From assembly GCA_963768655.1 (NCBI GenBank), contig CAVYIM010000004.1:448001-512000 (forward strand): DNA of 64,000 bases, written 5' to 3'. This stretch comes from an uncultured Chloroflexia bacterium. Lineage in GTDB: Bacteria; Chloroflexota; Limnocylindria; Limnocylindrales; CSP1-4. The translations under genes and the position numbers were made by a program. The notes below the pieces were generated by a model. It saw nothing but the letters and a program-made list of their open reading frames with translations, had not been told where the DNA came from and ran no database searches. Below, in pieces: positions 1 through 9,510 of the stretch (position 1 is its first letter; each line of letters opens with the position of its first letter).

Positions 1-1119
1 GAAGGGCGCCTCGGGCGCGATCTCTTCGCCCGCAAGCTTCGTCACACCTTCCGCACGAACCTGACGGACGAGCAGATCCTGACGGAAGCCCGCCTGGAAT
101 ACGACGCCGTTCGGGCGGAGATGATCCGGATCGCCCGCAAGATCTGGAAGGACTGGGTGCCGGGCCAGCCGCTGCCGACCGCCGCGAGCGAGGGCAGTCA
201 GGAAGCGGCCGATCAGAAGGTCGTCAGCCGCGTGACCTCGGCAATCGGGCGGGCCCACCACCCGGCCGGCGAGCTGGTCGACGTGTGCAAGGAGTCGTAC
301 CGCGACATCGTCGAGTTCTGCAAGCGCAAGAACCTGATCGGTGTCCCGGAAGAGCCGCTCGAGATCGATTGGACGCCGCCGTTCCTGCGCGAGTTCGCCG
401 GAGCGATGCTCGACTCACCGGGCCCGCTCGACAAAGGCCAGAAGGCGTTCTACTTCATGACGCCGCCGCCCGACGACTGGGCTCCAGAGCAGGTCGAGTC
501 GTACCTCGCCGAAGAGAACGATCGACAGATCGCGCTGACCACGGTCCACGAAGGGACGCCCGGCCACTACCTCCAGCTGGTGTACTCGAACCGCTGTCCG
601 TCGGTCGTGCGCGCCGTCTTCGGCAGTGGCGTGTTCGTCGAGGGCTGGGCCGTATACGTGACCCAGGTCATGATGGACATGGGCTTCCACGCCGACGACC
701 CGGCGCTCTTGCTCATCCATTGGAAGTTCTACCTGCGCGCCATCACGAACGCGATGATCGACGTCGGGATCCACGCCGGATCCATGACGGAGGCCGAGGC
801 CATGGGGTTGATGGTCAGGGGCGGTTTCCAGGAGGAGTCGGAAGCCCGCAAGAAGTGGGATCGAGCGCGGCTCACTTCCACGCAGCTGTCGACCTATTTC
901 GTGGGCTCGATGGAGATGTGGAGTCTGGAGCGGGAACGACGCCGCCGGCTTGCCGCCGCCTCGGGCGATCCGCGCGGCGCGGCGTCCGTGCCGGAACCGC
1001 GCGTCGTCGGCGGCCTCGGCCGGACGCCGGGCTTCAGCTACAAGACGCACCTGGAATCGGTCATAGCGCACGGCTCGCCGCCGATTCCGGTGCTCAGGCG
1101 GATCCTGCTGGCGGAGTAG
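1..1119 (+). CDS. DUF885 family protein (5'-truncated by window edge)
   Basis: Frame is open from base 1 (EGRLGRDLFARKLRH...). HEGTPGH, VFVEGWAVY and QLSTYFVG motifs are typical of DUF885. Confidence 0.88.
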   Translation, partial: EGRLGRDLFARKLRHTFRTNLTDEQILTEARLEYDAVRAEMIRIARKIWKDWVPGQPLPTAASEGSQEAADQKVVSRVTSAIGRAHHPAGELVDVCKESYRDIVEFCKRKNLIGVPEEPLEIDWTPPFLREFAGAMLDSPGPLDKGQKAFYFMTPPPDDWAPEQVESYLAEENDRQIALTTVHEGTPGHYLQLVYSNRCPSVVRAVFGSGVFVEGWAVYVTQVMMDMGFHADDPALLLIHWKFYLRAITNAMIDVGIHAGSMTEAEAMGLMVRGGFQEESEARKKWDRARLTSTQLSTYFVGSMEMWSLERERRRRLAAASGDPRGAASVPEPRVVGGLGRTPGFSYKTHLESVIAHGSPPIPVLRRILLAE

Positions 1120-1275
1120 CCGCAGGGCGGAGGCGACCTGCGCCGCGCGGAGCGGTGCGAGAGGGCGGGGCGGCGCGGGGCCGCCGGGGTGGCGCAGGAC
1201 GCAGCGCGGCGCTGGGCGCAGCGCGGCGCCGGCTGAGTCGCCCGGTAGGGCGTCCGGCCCGGCGATCTCGACGTT

Positions 1276-1487
1276 TGTCCGGCTGCACCGGACAGGATCG
1301 GGCCGAATCGCGGCTTCGTTGGCCGAGCCGACCCCCGGCTGACCCACTAGCGCGCCGCTGACGCTCACGTCGTGACACCGGTGCGTCGCCGAGCTGTCCT
1401 TCGCCGGCCGAGGGTGTCTCGGGGGGGGCTCGAAAGGCCCAAGGCGGCCAGAACTGTCCGGCCCAGCCGGACAACTGCAGGATCGGG
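1276..1487. repeat. Pair of palindromes TGTCCGG-N5-CCGGACA, each followed by GGATCGGG
   Basis: 1276-1294 and 1455-1473 have perfect 7-bp arms; GGATCGGG at 1295 and 1480. Confidence 0.65.
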
Positions 1488-1500
1488 GCGGACCAAGCAG

Positions 1501-1600
1501 CCCCGCGCGCCCCGCGCCCCGCGCCACGACCCCGCGCCCCGCGCCACGACCCCGCGCCCCGCGCCACGACCCCGCGACCGCGCGCCACGACCGCGCCTGC
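1501..1600. repeat. 20-bp GC-rich tandem repeat (CCCGCGCCCCGCGCCACGAC x3 plus degenerate copies)
   Basis: Exact units at 1511, 1531 and 1551. Confidence 0.85.
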
Positions 1601-1609
1601 CGCGCCGAC

Positions 1610-4600
1610 TTACCCCGCGGTGCCCGACTCCGCGGCCGCATCCTCGAGCTTGTTGAGCTGATAGCCCGACGTTTCGCCCGCGCGAGCGAGGATGGCGGTC
1701 AGGCGGTCGGCCTCGGCCAGACGGGCGGCAACCCCGGCCGCTCCAAGCGTGCCGTCCTCGGCGGCGCCGAGCGCGTCGAGGGCCAGCATCCACCACAGGA
1801 GCTGCTCGAACGACTCGCGGTGGAACCAGCTCACGCCCTCCCAGACGTTGACTCGTATGTAGGGTCGAACGGCCTCGTCGGCGACCAGGGCGCGGACGAG
1901 GGCCGCGGGTCGATCGGCCGGCGGAAGCGCCGCCACGGAGCCAGGCAGCGGAAGCTGGCGGAGCAGACGAATCAGGGCCACGAGCCGCCAGGCGGCGGCC
2001 TCGTCCTGCCCCAGGTCGCGGAACACGTTGGCCAGAACGGGGCCTAGCTGCAGCTCGTCGAGGGCGGAGCCGCCCCGAGAGCCGTCCGGGTCGGCGACCG
2101 TGGCTATCGCTTCGCCGGCCAGGCGGCCGAAGATCGCCACCCACGTCGATGGGTCGGTCAGGCCGGCGCACAGGCGCGCGATGGCGGGCACGCCCGGAAG
2201 CCCGGGGAGCATGAGAGCGGCTTCGGCGCCGAGCCGGAACCCGGCCGTCGCGGCGGCCGCGTCGCCGGTTGCGCCGGCAACCTCCACCAGGGCATGCAGC
2301 ATTCGCTCGACCGCGACGGCGGTCTCCGCCAGGAGCGCATCGATCTCCTCGGGTGTTGCGACCGGCGGGGCAGCCGCCGTCTTCTTGCCCCGATGCGGCT
2401 TGTGGCATGCCGCCTCGGCCCGCGCCGCGCCGATCTCCGTCAACCGGCGCAGCGACCCGTTCTCCGCCAGCCCTCGGACCGCGGCGTGCAACGGCGCGAG
2501 CTGCATCTCGCGAAGCGACGCCGCGATGCTCGCCACTCCCGCGCCGCCGAGCCGCTCCGCCAGCCGTGCCAGCTGCCCCGACGGCCCGTCGTGCATCTCG
2601 CGGATGTCGAGGAAGACCTGGCAACCGTAGGCGTGCAGGTCGACGAACATCCCATCGCGGCACAGGTCGACGCTGCGCCGGATGAACTCCAGGCCGGACC
2701 GCTGCTCGCGCAGAATCGCGTACCAGTCGCCGTCCGGGTGCAAACCGAGTCCCTCGCCGAGCGATCGCTGAACCAGCCGCCGCGCGCCGGCCCCGGCGCC
2801 GTCGTCCGGCACCGAGTAGGCGGCCGAAGTCTTGATCCAGCCGTGAGCTTCGGCGTAGCGATTGTGGTAGACGACGAGCGACCGTTCGTCGCCCGCCCGG
2901 TTCGAGTAGGCGAAGACATCCTCGTTGACCCAGCCGCCCGGGTCGTAGACGTCGTACAGCAGGAAGTCGCGCACGTCGGCGAACAGATGGCGGCGATGGA
3001 AGAGCGGGAAGATCTCGCGCTCGTGGCGTTCGACGAGCCAGGAGTCGACCTCCTCGTCCCGATACGCCCGCCGGTACTCCATCCCGTACTTCTCGGCGAA
3101 GCCTTCGATCTGGCCATGCCCGATCATCGGCAGACCGGGCATCGTCGCCAGCAGCGTGGCCACGCCGAAGTACTTGTCGCCCTTGCCGAACTGGTCCACC
3201 GCGGTCCGCTCGTCGGGGTTGCTCATGAAGTTGACGAAGCGCTTGAGGACCTCCGGGTCGAATTCGAGAGTGTCCTTCACGACCCGACGGTAGCTGGCGT
3301 TCTCCTCGTCGCGGAGCATGTTCATGAAGGCGCTGTTGTAGACGCGGTGCATGCCGAGCGTTCGGACGAAGTAGCCCTCGAGCAGCCAGAACGCTTCGGC
3401 GAGGAGCAGAGTGTCCGGCACCTCCGCCGCGACCCGGTCCACGACCTCGCGCCAGAACTCGTTGGGCATCCGCTCGTCGAAGACGGCGCGAGGGATGGCG
3501 TGCTCCGCGCGCGACGGGATCGCGCCGCCCTGGCCTGGCTCGGGAAACCAGAGCCGCTGGATGTGGCGGCGGGCGAGCGTCATCGCGGCGTCGAAGCGGA
3601 TGATCGGGAACTGGCGGGCGACGTGGAGGATCGTCTGGATGACCGCCTCGCGGACCTCGGCCTGCAGATAGTCGAGCTGGGCCGTGTCGTTCCAGGGCAT
3701 GCTCGTGCCGTCGTTGCCGTGGTAGATATAGCGGGCCTCGCCGCTCCAGGTATCCGTGCGCTTGAATACGACCGCCGCGTCCGTGGCGTCCCAGTAGTGG
3801 TCCTCGATCTGAATCGTGACCCGATCGTCGTCGGCGAGGTTGCCGCCCGTGAACGAGTAGGCGGGGTAGGGCGAGTCGGGCAGCTGGAGGAACCAGTCCG
3901 GATGCTCGATGACCCAGCGCGAGTCGATGCCCATGTGGTTGGGAACCATGTCCGATGAGAGGCGGATGCCGCGCGCCGAGCAGCGGCTGCGCAGCTGCGC
4001 GAAGGCCTCCTCGCCGCCCAGGTCGTCGGCGATGGTGTAGTCCATGAGCGAGTACGCCGAGGCGGCCGCCTCCGGGTTGCCGCGCCACTGCTTGATTCGT
4101 TGGCTGGCCCGGCTGCGCTCCCACAGGCCGATCAGCCACAGGCCGGTGAAGCCACGGCGCGCCAGGGCGTCAAGCTCCTCGTCGGGGATCTCGTCCAGGC
4201 GGTGGATCCAGCGGCCGTAGCGCTTCGAGAGCTGGTCGAGCCAGACGTAGGTCGTCTTGGCCATCAGCACCACCCGCGGCATCCAGTCGCGGTCCTGGCT
4301 GAACCGCTCGTACTCGTTCTCGATGCCGCCGAGCCCGGGGCCGTGCGTCGCGCCCGCGGGACCGGGCGTCGGATGCATCCGCATCCACAACGCGACTTCC
4401 TCTTCGTGGAGGACGTCCAGGCTGACGATCAGCCGATCCATGAAACTGGTCAGGACGAGTCCCCAGCGCGCCCGGATGTAGCGAAGCTGCCCGGCCAGCG
4501 AGTCCGGCTCGGCCAGGGCCGGCGCCCGAAGGAAGGCGATCAGAGACTGACCTTCCCGGCCGAAGCCAGGCTGGTCCTCGAAGAATCGCTGCAGCCCGGC

Positions 4601-5146
4601 GATCAGGTGGTCGTAGTCGGTGCGCTGGGCCAGGTCGGCGTCGTCGAATAGCTCGTCGAAGGTCATGAAGGCTGGGTTCACGTTGGCCAGCCAGAGCAGC
4701 AGCAGCTCTTCGAGCACGATCTCGCGGTTGGCGTGGCCCTCGGTTTCGCCGGCCAGGTAGGCGACCGGATCCATGCCGTCGCGGTGGACCGCCAGTGGCG
4801 GGAACTCCTCGACGAAACGGGCGAGGGCGTGATCGAGCCGCTCCGGCGGGATCTGCGCCACGAGCGCGGCAATGGCGTCGGCCATGACGTTGGGGTTGAC
4901 GGTCCGCCGGTAGATCTCGATGGCGTGATGGCTGATCTCGTCGATCAGCCCCATGGCGTTGAGCTCGGCGGCGTGGACGACGCGGTCGGGGTAGCGGGCG
5001 GTGTCTGCCCGCTCGTTCATCCGCCGGGCGAAGGCGCGCGCGGCGGGGAAGTCCGGGATGATTACGTTGCCGGTGGTCTGGAACAGCGCCCGGTCGAACT
5101 CGTAGCGGTCGCGGGCTGCCTTCGATACGTGGAACTCGAATGCCAC
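1610..5146 (-). CDS. Large alpha-amylase family (GH13) glycoside hydrolase
   Basis: DMVPNH, IRFDAAM, LLAEAFW and FMSNPDE regions. GTG start at 5146 with GGAG RBS is preferred over the ORF-track start at 5350. Confidence 0.88.
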   Translation of the reverse strand: MAFEFHVSKAARDRYEFDRALFQTTGNVIIPDFPAARAFARRMNERADTARYPDRVVHAAELNAMGLIDEISHHAIEIYRRTVNPNVMADAIAALVAQIPPERLDHALARFVEEFPPLAVHRDGMDPVAYLAGETEGHANREIVLEELLLLWLANVNPAFMTFDELFDDADLAQRTDYDHLIAGLQRFFEDQPGFGREGQSLIAFLRAPALAEPDSLAGQLRYIRARWGLVLTSFMDRLIVSLDVLHEEEVALWMRMHPTPGPAGATHGPGLGGIENEYERFSQDRDWMPRVVLMAKTTYVWLDQLSKRYGRWIHRLDEIPDEELDALARRGFTGLWLIGLWERSRASQRIKQWRGNPEAAASAYSLMDYTIADDLGGEEAFAQLRSRCSARGIRLSSDMVPNHMGIDSRWVIEHPDWFLQLPDSPYPAYSFTGGNLADDDRVTIQIEDHYWDATDAAVVFKRTDTWSGEARYIYHGNDGTSMPWNDTAQLDYLQAEVREAVIQTILHVARQFPIIRFDAAMTLARRHIQRLWFPEPGQGGAIPSRAEHAIPRAVFDERMPNEFWREVVDRVAAEVPDTLLLAEAFWLLEGYFVRTLGMHRVYNSAFMNMLRDEENASYRRVVKDTLEFDPEVLKRFVNFMSNPDERTAVDQFGKGDKYFGVATLLATMPGLPMIGHGQIEGFAEKYGMEYRRAYRDEEVDSWLVERHEREIFPLFHRRHLFADVRDFLLYDVYDPGGWVNEDVFAYSNRAGDERSLVVYHNRYAEAHGWIKTSAAYSVPDDGAGAGARRLVQRSLGEGLGLHPDGDWYAILREQRSGLEFIRRSVDLCRDGMFVDLHAYGCQVFLDIREMHDGPSGQLARLAERLGGAGVASIAASLREMQLAPLHAAVRGLAENGSLRRLTEIGAARAEAACHKPHRGKKTAAAPPVATPEEIDALLAETAVAVERMLHALVEVAGATGDAAAATAGFRLGAEAALMLPGLPGVPAIARLCAGLTDPSTWVAIFGRLAGEAIATVADPDGSRGGSALDELQLGPVLANVFRDLGQDEAAAWRLVALIRLLRQLPLPGSVAALPPADRPAALVRALVADEAVRPYIRVNVWEGVSWFHRESFEQLLWWMLALDALGAAEDGTLGAAGVAARLAEADRLTAILARAGETSGYQLNKLEDAAAESGTAG

Positions 5147-5332
5147 GGGTTCTCCGAAGCTGCTAGCTGAGCCGGGCCTGAACCGATGCCATCGGTCGAT
5201 CCAGGCGAGTCTAGCAGCAGGGCCGCCGCGCGCCGAGGGCCGCCGCGCGCCGGGGGCGGCTCGCCCGGCGCGGTTGCGGGGCGGCTCCGACGTCGGGCGG
5301 AGTCGTGGGCGGCTCAGCCTCGCGGCCGGCCT

Positions 5333-5563
5333 GGATCGGGGCCTGCTCACCGGGAGAGCAAATGCGACGGGCCGGCGGGTCCCGGAGTTCTCGGGCTGTC
5401 GTTTCCGCTCCGATCCGGCATCAAATTCGACCGCTGGCGCTTCCGCCGGTCGAGAATTCGGCGTGCGTCGGCCGAGTCTGTTCAGCGTGTGGGCAGAATC
5501 GACGCGCCTGGCCCAGGTCGATCGGCTAATCAGTCGGATGTGCTCACCCGCGGAGCACGATCC
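5333..5563. repeat. Paired-palindrome intergenic element (TGCTC-N7-GAGCA x2 inside GGATCG/CGATCC)
   Basis: Palindromes at 5344-5360 and 5541-5557; GGATCG 5333 and CGATCC 5558 are inverted; further internal hairpins. Confidence 0.55.
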
Positions 5564-5575
5564 TGAACGACGCCC

Positions 5576-7006
5576 TCAGGCGAGCGGCTGGCCGGCGTCC
5601 GAGAGGGCTTCGGCGTAGATGGCGGCGCCGTCGATGCGGCGCGAGGGCGAGCTCAGGAGCGAGAGGTCGTCCACGAGCCGGCCTTCCAGGTTCGTGCCGG
5701 CGGCGCCGTCGACCAGCCGGGCAGCTTTGGCCGCGCACAGCATGACGTGCTTGGTTTCGAGCCGGATCGGATCGCCCCAGAACCAGCCGTCACTCGCGAA
5801 CATCGCCAGCCGCCAGCGTTCAGCCTCCATGAGCACGAGCAGGTTCTCGCGCTGCTCGGGAGTCGCCAGAGGGACGCAGCGGCGCGCGAAGCCGTCGGGA
5901 GTCTCCTCGCTGAAGATCACATCCACGTACTCGTCGCGTGCCCGCCACAACGCCCCGGGCTCCATGAAATCCCCCGCCAGGCCTTCGGCGACCACATCGA
6001 TCGCCGCGGCCAGCCGCTCGAAGGCCGCGCGCAGTGGTCCCTTCCAGCGTCCGTCGGCGGCATCCGGGCATTCGGCCGTCCAGCGCAGCACGCCATGGTG
6101 GCAGCTCCACGACGTCCGTTCCGCGATCTGGGTCGGAAGGAAGGCGCTGGCCGGGGTGTCGCCGACGATCTGGCCGACAGTGGTGACGTCGAAGCCACGG
6201 TCGGGAACGTCCGGGCCGGGGTTCACGAGGCGCGCCAGGAAGAGGTCGCGGAACTTCTGATGGTGGCCGTACAGCTCGCCGTCCGTGGCGATGAGCGCCG
6301 TGATCGGCGTTCCGTCGCGGAAGCCGCGGCCGGAGAGGCGCGGCAGGATCCGGTCGCGGGCGAAGTCGTCGGCGTTCATCGTGGCGTCCGACTCGAACGA
6401 CGCGGAAGCGGACAGGGCGGCGTCGTAGAAGACGACCACGATCTGGCGGCGCCCTCCCAGCTCGACCCGGTACGGACGCCCCGTGTCGAGCCGGCTGTCC
6501 GCCGCCTGCCAGGGCGCCAGGATGGTGTACTTGACGCCTTCGTCGACCAGGATTCGAAGGGTCGGCAGGTCGACGGCGGTCTCGGGCAGCCAGATGCCGG
6601 CCGGCCGGCGCCCGAACCGAAGCTCGAAGTCGCGCAGGCCCCAGCGGATCTCGGTGCGGCGGTCGGCCAGCGAGGCAAGCGGCAGGATGGCGTGGTGGTA
6701 GGACTGGGCCATGGCGTTGCCGCAGCCGCGTTCGACGATCTCGTCGGGCAGGTCCGCGTCCACGAACCCCTGGTGAGTGGCGGGGTCGTTGGCCGCCATC
6801 CAGCCCGCGAGCGTGGGTCCCAAGTCGTAGGAGATGTGGCGCAGGTTGCCTCGCTCGGCGTTGGGCTTGTAGCACTCGGCGTCGATGCGGGCGTTCCAGT
6901 CGCGGTATGGCGCCGCGGCCGGCTGCGGCGCGATCTCCCCGCTGAACGGGTCGCGGCGCTCCGGCTGATAGAAGTGGCCGTGTACGGCCAGCCTGGGTCG
7001 GCTCAC
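5576..7006 (-). CDS. GH57 family glycoside hydrolase, DUF3536-containing
   Basis: HGHFYQPER, YHHAILPL, GIWLPETAV, TDGELYGHH, SWSCHHG and FASDGWF motifs; GTG start inferred. Confidence 0.85.
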   Translation of the reverse strand: MSRPRLAVHGHFYQPERRDPFSGEIAPQPAAAPYRDWNARIDAECYKPNAERGNLRHISYDLGPTLAGWMAANDPATHQGFVDADLPDEIVERGCGNAMAQSYHHAILPLASLADRRTEIRWGLRDFELRFGRRPAGIWLPETAVDLPTLRILVDEGVKYTILAPWQAADSRLDTGRPYRVELGGRRQIVVVFYDAALSASASFESDATMNADDFARDRILPRLSGRGFRDGTPITALIATDGELYGHHQKFRDLFLARLVNPGPDVPDRGFDVTTVGQIVGDTPASAFLPTQIAERTSWSCHHGVLRWTAECPDAADGRWKGPLRAAFERLAAAIDVVAEGLAGDFMEPGALWRARDEYVDVIFSEETPDGFARRCVPLATPEQRENLLVLMEAERWRLAMFASDGWFWGDPIRLETKHVMLCAAKAARLVDGAAGTNLEGRLVDDLSLLSSPSRRIDGAAIYAEALSDAGQPLA

Positions 7007-7250
7007 TGGGCGGATGGTAGCGGAGTGGCCGGGGCGGGGGAGGCCCCGGTCGAGGTGGCGGCTTCGGCCCATGACGTTTCGCCGCGAAAGGTAGGCGGGC
7101 GGCGAGCGGGCGTGGCGTACGGCGCGACCGCCCGGCGATCGAACTGCCGGCGAGCAAGCGAGGCGAGGTGCCGCGGTTGTTCGCAATTCCGCTCGGTGCA
7201 GACGCGGAGATGCGACTTGCGGGCCGGTAGCTCGCCCAGCTGCCGGCCGT

Positions 7251-9503
7251 CTACTGTGCCTCCTCGGCTGAATGGTCGATCGTCTGTGTCACGGCCAGGC
7301 TGACGGTAAGTGTGGCGTGATCGCCCGGGGCGAGCGCGACTGGCCATCGAAACAGCAGCGAGCTGCCCTGATAGACGCGTTCGAAGCCGCCCTCGGAGTT
7401 GGAGACGGTCTCGACCGGGTACCACGTAAGGTGGGCGGCCGGCTCGACCGAGGCTTCGATGCGGACACCCTCGTAGTCGTTGCCGAAGACGAGGAGGGCG
7501 GCGGACGGCAGCTCGCCAACGGCGTCGTGCGGGGTCCGCTCCCCGACGGCGGTCTCGTAGTAGGCCGCCGGGTTGTGGCCGCCGCCGAGCAGGTTGATGT
7601 TCCATTCGATCGCGAGCTCGAAGGCGACCGGGGCGTCGCCCCCATTCTCGACCGTCGTCGCCAGCTCGAGCGCGGGCTTGAGGCGTGAGCCGCCGAAACG
7701 GAACGTCTTCTCGACGGCCAGCGGCGCCGGCACGTCGCCAACCGCCACCGAGCCGAGCCGACGGGCCGAGACTCGATCGCCCGAAAGAAGTTCCAGCTCG
7801 TACGGGTCGTCCACGAAGTCGCCGAGCTCCTCGTACGTGGCCGCGACGAGCTGCTCCACGGACGTGGCGCCGCCTTCGGGCAGCAGGTGAACGAGCCCGC
7901 TTCGGCGCTCGTGGCGGTCGTAGTGGAGGAACGCGGCCAGGCCGGGCTCCTTGACATTGACGATGTCGTGGATCGTTCGGGGCGCCTCGTCCGGGGGCGG
8001 GGCCCCGTCGCCCACCGCCGGATCGGTCGTCGAGCGGCCCGCGGCGCCGCCGATGGCCGCCTCCGCCGCCTCCTGCTCATGAGCGACCAGCCGCGCGTGG
8101 TACGCTTCGGGCCGGCGCCGCAGCACGGAGCCGAGTGCCACGCGGCTGGCCCGCAGGTCCCACGCCGAGATCCCGGCGCCATCGTTGAGGTCCACCACGA
8201 CCGTCTGGCCGGGCGAGGTGGCCAGCACCTCGTCGACCGCGTCGAGGTCCGTGTCGGTGAGCCGAGCGCCGTAGGGCCGGCCGCCGCCGCTCCCCGCGCC
8301 GCCGGCGGCCGTCGCCACCGCCGCGTCGGCCAGATCCTCCGCCGCGATCAGGTGCCCGAGAGTGGCCATGCGCATGTGGACGATGTAGATCCCACCGAAG
8401 AGCCCGTGCCAGTAGCAGTCGTTGGACTGGCCCTGGTATAGATGGTCGAGCGCCCGCGAGACCGTGGGCCCGTCGGGCATGGAGTCGACCTTCTCGGAGG
8501 CCCGCAGCATCTGCTTGTGGAGATCGTTCACCTCGCGGTAGCGGGCGGCATAGTTGCGCCAGAAACCGCCGCGCAGGAACCGCGCCGCAGGATCGCCGCT
8601 CTCGCGGGCTCGCTCCAGCAGCGACGTGAAGACGGGCGTCTCGTCCGGTGGCAGGACCCACTCGGTCATCTCCACGTACGAGGCTGTTGGGAAGTAGACC
8701 CGGGTCGTGGGTGGGCACCGCTTCAGCCACTCCGAGGGCGTCACGGTCGTGAGCCAGGCGGCTTCGCGCTCGCAAGCTTCGAACAGCCGGTCGACCCAGT
8801 GCTCGCGGCTCCAGCAGTATTCGAACGTGCCCGGCCAGGCGCCGAACTTCTCGCCGTCGTCGCCCATCATCCCCACGTACCGGCCGTCCGGCGTGGTGCG
8901 CTCGCGCAAGTACGAGATGACGTCCTCGACCGGCTTGAACGGGATGCGATAGCGCAGGCCCTGCTCCGTTCCGAAGACCGTCAGCCGGCAGCCGCGGTCG
9001 TCGGTTGTGAGCGGTGCCCACATCTCGTCCTCGCGGATCGAGGCGGCGCGGAGGTGGTTGTCGTCGAGCACGGTCCACTCGTAGCCGGCCGAGGCCAGGT
9101 CGTAGGCCAGCGACGGCTCCCAGACCCGCTCCGCCAGCCACGCCCCCGCGGGCCGCCGGCCGAACAGGATCTCGAGCTCGTCGCGCATCCGGATCAGCTG
9201 ACCGTTGCGATCGCGGTCCGGCAGCGTCACCAGGATTGGTTCGTAGTAGGCCCCGCCGACGATTTCCACCTGGCCGCGCTCCACGAGCCGGCGGATCCGC
9301 CCTATCGCTTCCGGCCGGTTGGCGGCCATCCACTGCAGCAACGGGCCGGTGTAGTGGAGGCCGAGGCGAATGCTCGGATGCCGCTCCAGGGCCGCGAGCA
9401 TCGGCGAATAGGCGTGCTCGTAGACGTCCTCGATGACCCAGCCGAAGTTGCCGACTGGCTGATGGTTGTGGATCACGAGCGCGAGCGAGACGCGGCCGCT
9501 CAC
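7251..9503 (-). CDS. GH57 alpha-amylase/4-alpha-glucanotransferase (DUF1925/DUF1926 type)
   Basis: [38 protein letters not shown] and [16 protein letters not shown] motifs; GTG start 7 nt after the glgP stop. Confidence 0.88.
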   Translation of the reverse strand: MSGRVSLALVIHNHQPVGNFGWVIEDVYEHAYSPMLAALERHPSIRLGLHYTGPLLQWMAANRPEAIGRIRRLVERGQVEIVGGAYYEPILVTLPDRDRNGQLIRMRDELEILFGRRPAGAWLAERVWEPSLAYDLASAGYEWTVLDDNHLRAASIREDEMWAPLTTDDRGCRLTVFGTEQGLRYRIPFKPVEDVISYLRERTTPDGRYVGMMGDDGEKFGAWPGTFEYCWSREHWVDRLFEACEREAAWLTTVTPSEWLKRCPPTTRVYFPTASYVEMTEWVLPPDETPVFTSLLERARESGDPAARFLRGGFWRNYAARYREVNDLHKQMLRASEKVDSMPDGPTVSRALDHLYQGQSNDCYWHGLFGGIYIVHMRMATLGHLIAAEDLADAAVATAAGGAGSGGGRPYGARLTDTDLDAVDEVLATSPGQTVVVDLNDGAGISAWDLRASRVALGSVLRRRPEAYHARLVAHEQEAAEAAIGGAAGRSTTDPAVGDGAPPPDEAPRTIHDIVNVKEPGLAAFLHYDRHERRSGLVHLLPEGGATSVEQLVAATYEELGDFVDDPYELELLSGDRVSARRLGSVAVGDVPAPLAVEKTFRFGGSRLKPALELATTVENGGDAPVAFELAIEWNINLLGGGHNPAAYYETAVGERTPHDAVGELPSAALLVFGNDYEGVRIEASVEPAAHLTWYPVETVSNSEGGFERVYQGSSLLFRWPVALAPGDHATLTVSLAVTQTIDHSAEEAQ

Positions 9504-9510
9504 GTCGGGA

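Noticed and set aside
1365-4139. Long alternative-frame or antisense ORFs (e.g. 924 aa here; 26092..28008; 13084..14928)
   Set aside because: Arg/Pro/Gly-rich shadow ORFs typical of high-GC DNA, overlapping well-supported genes.
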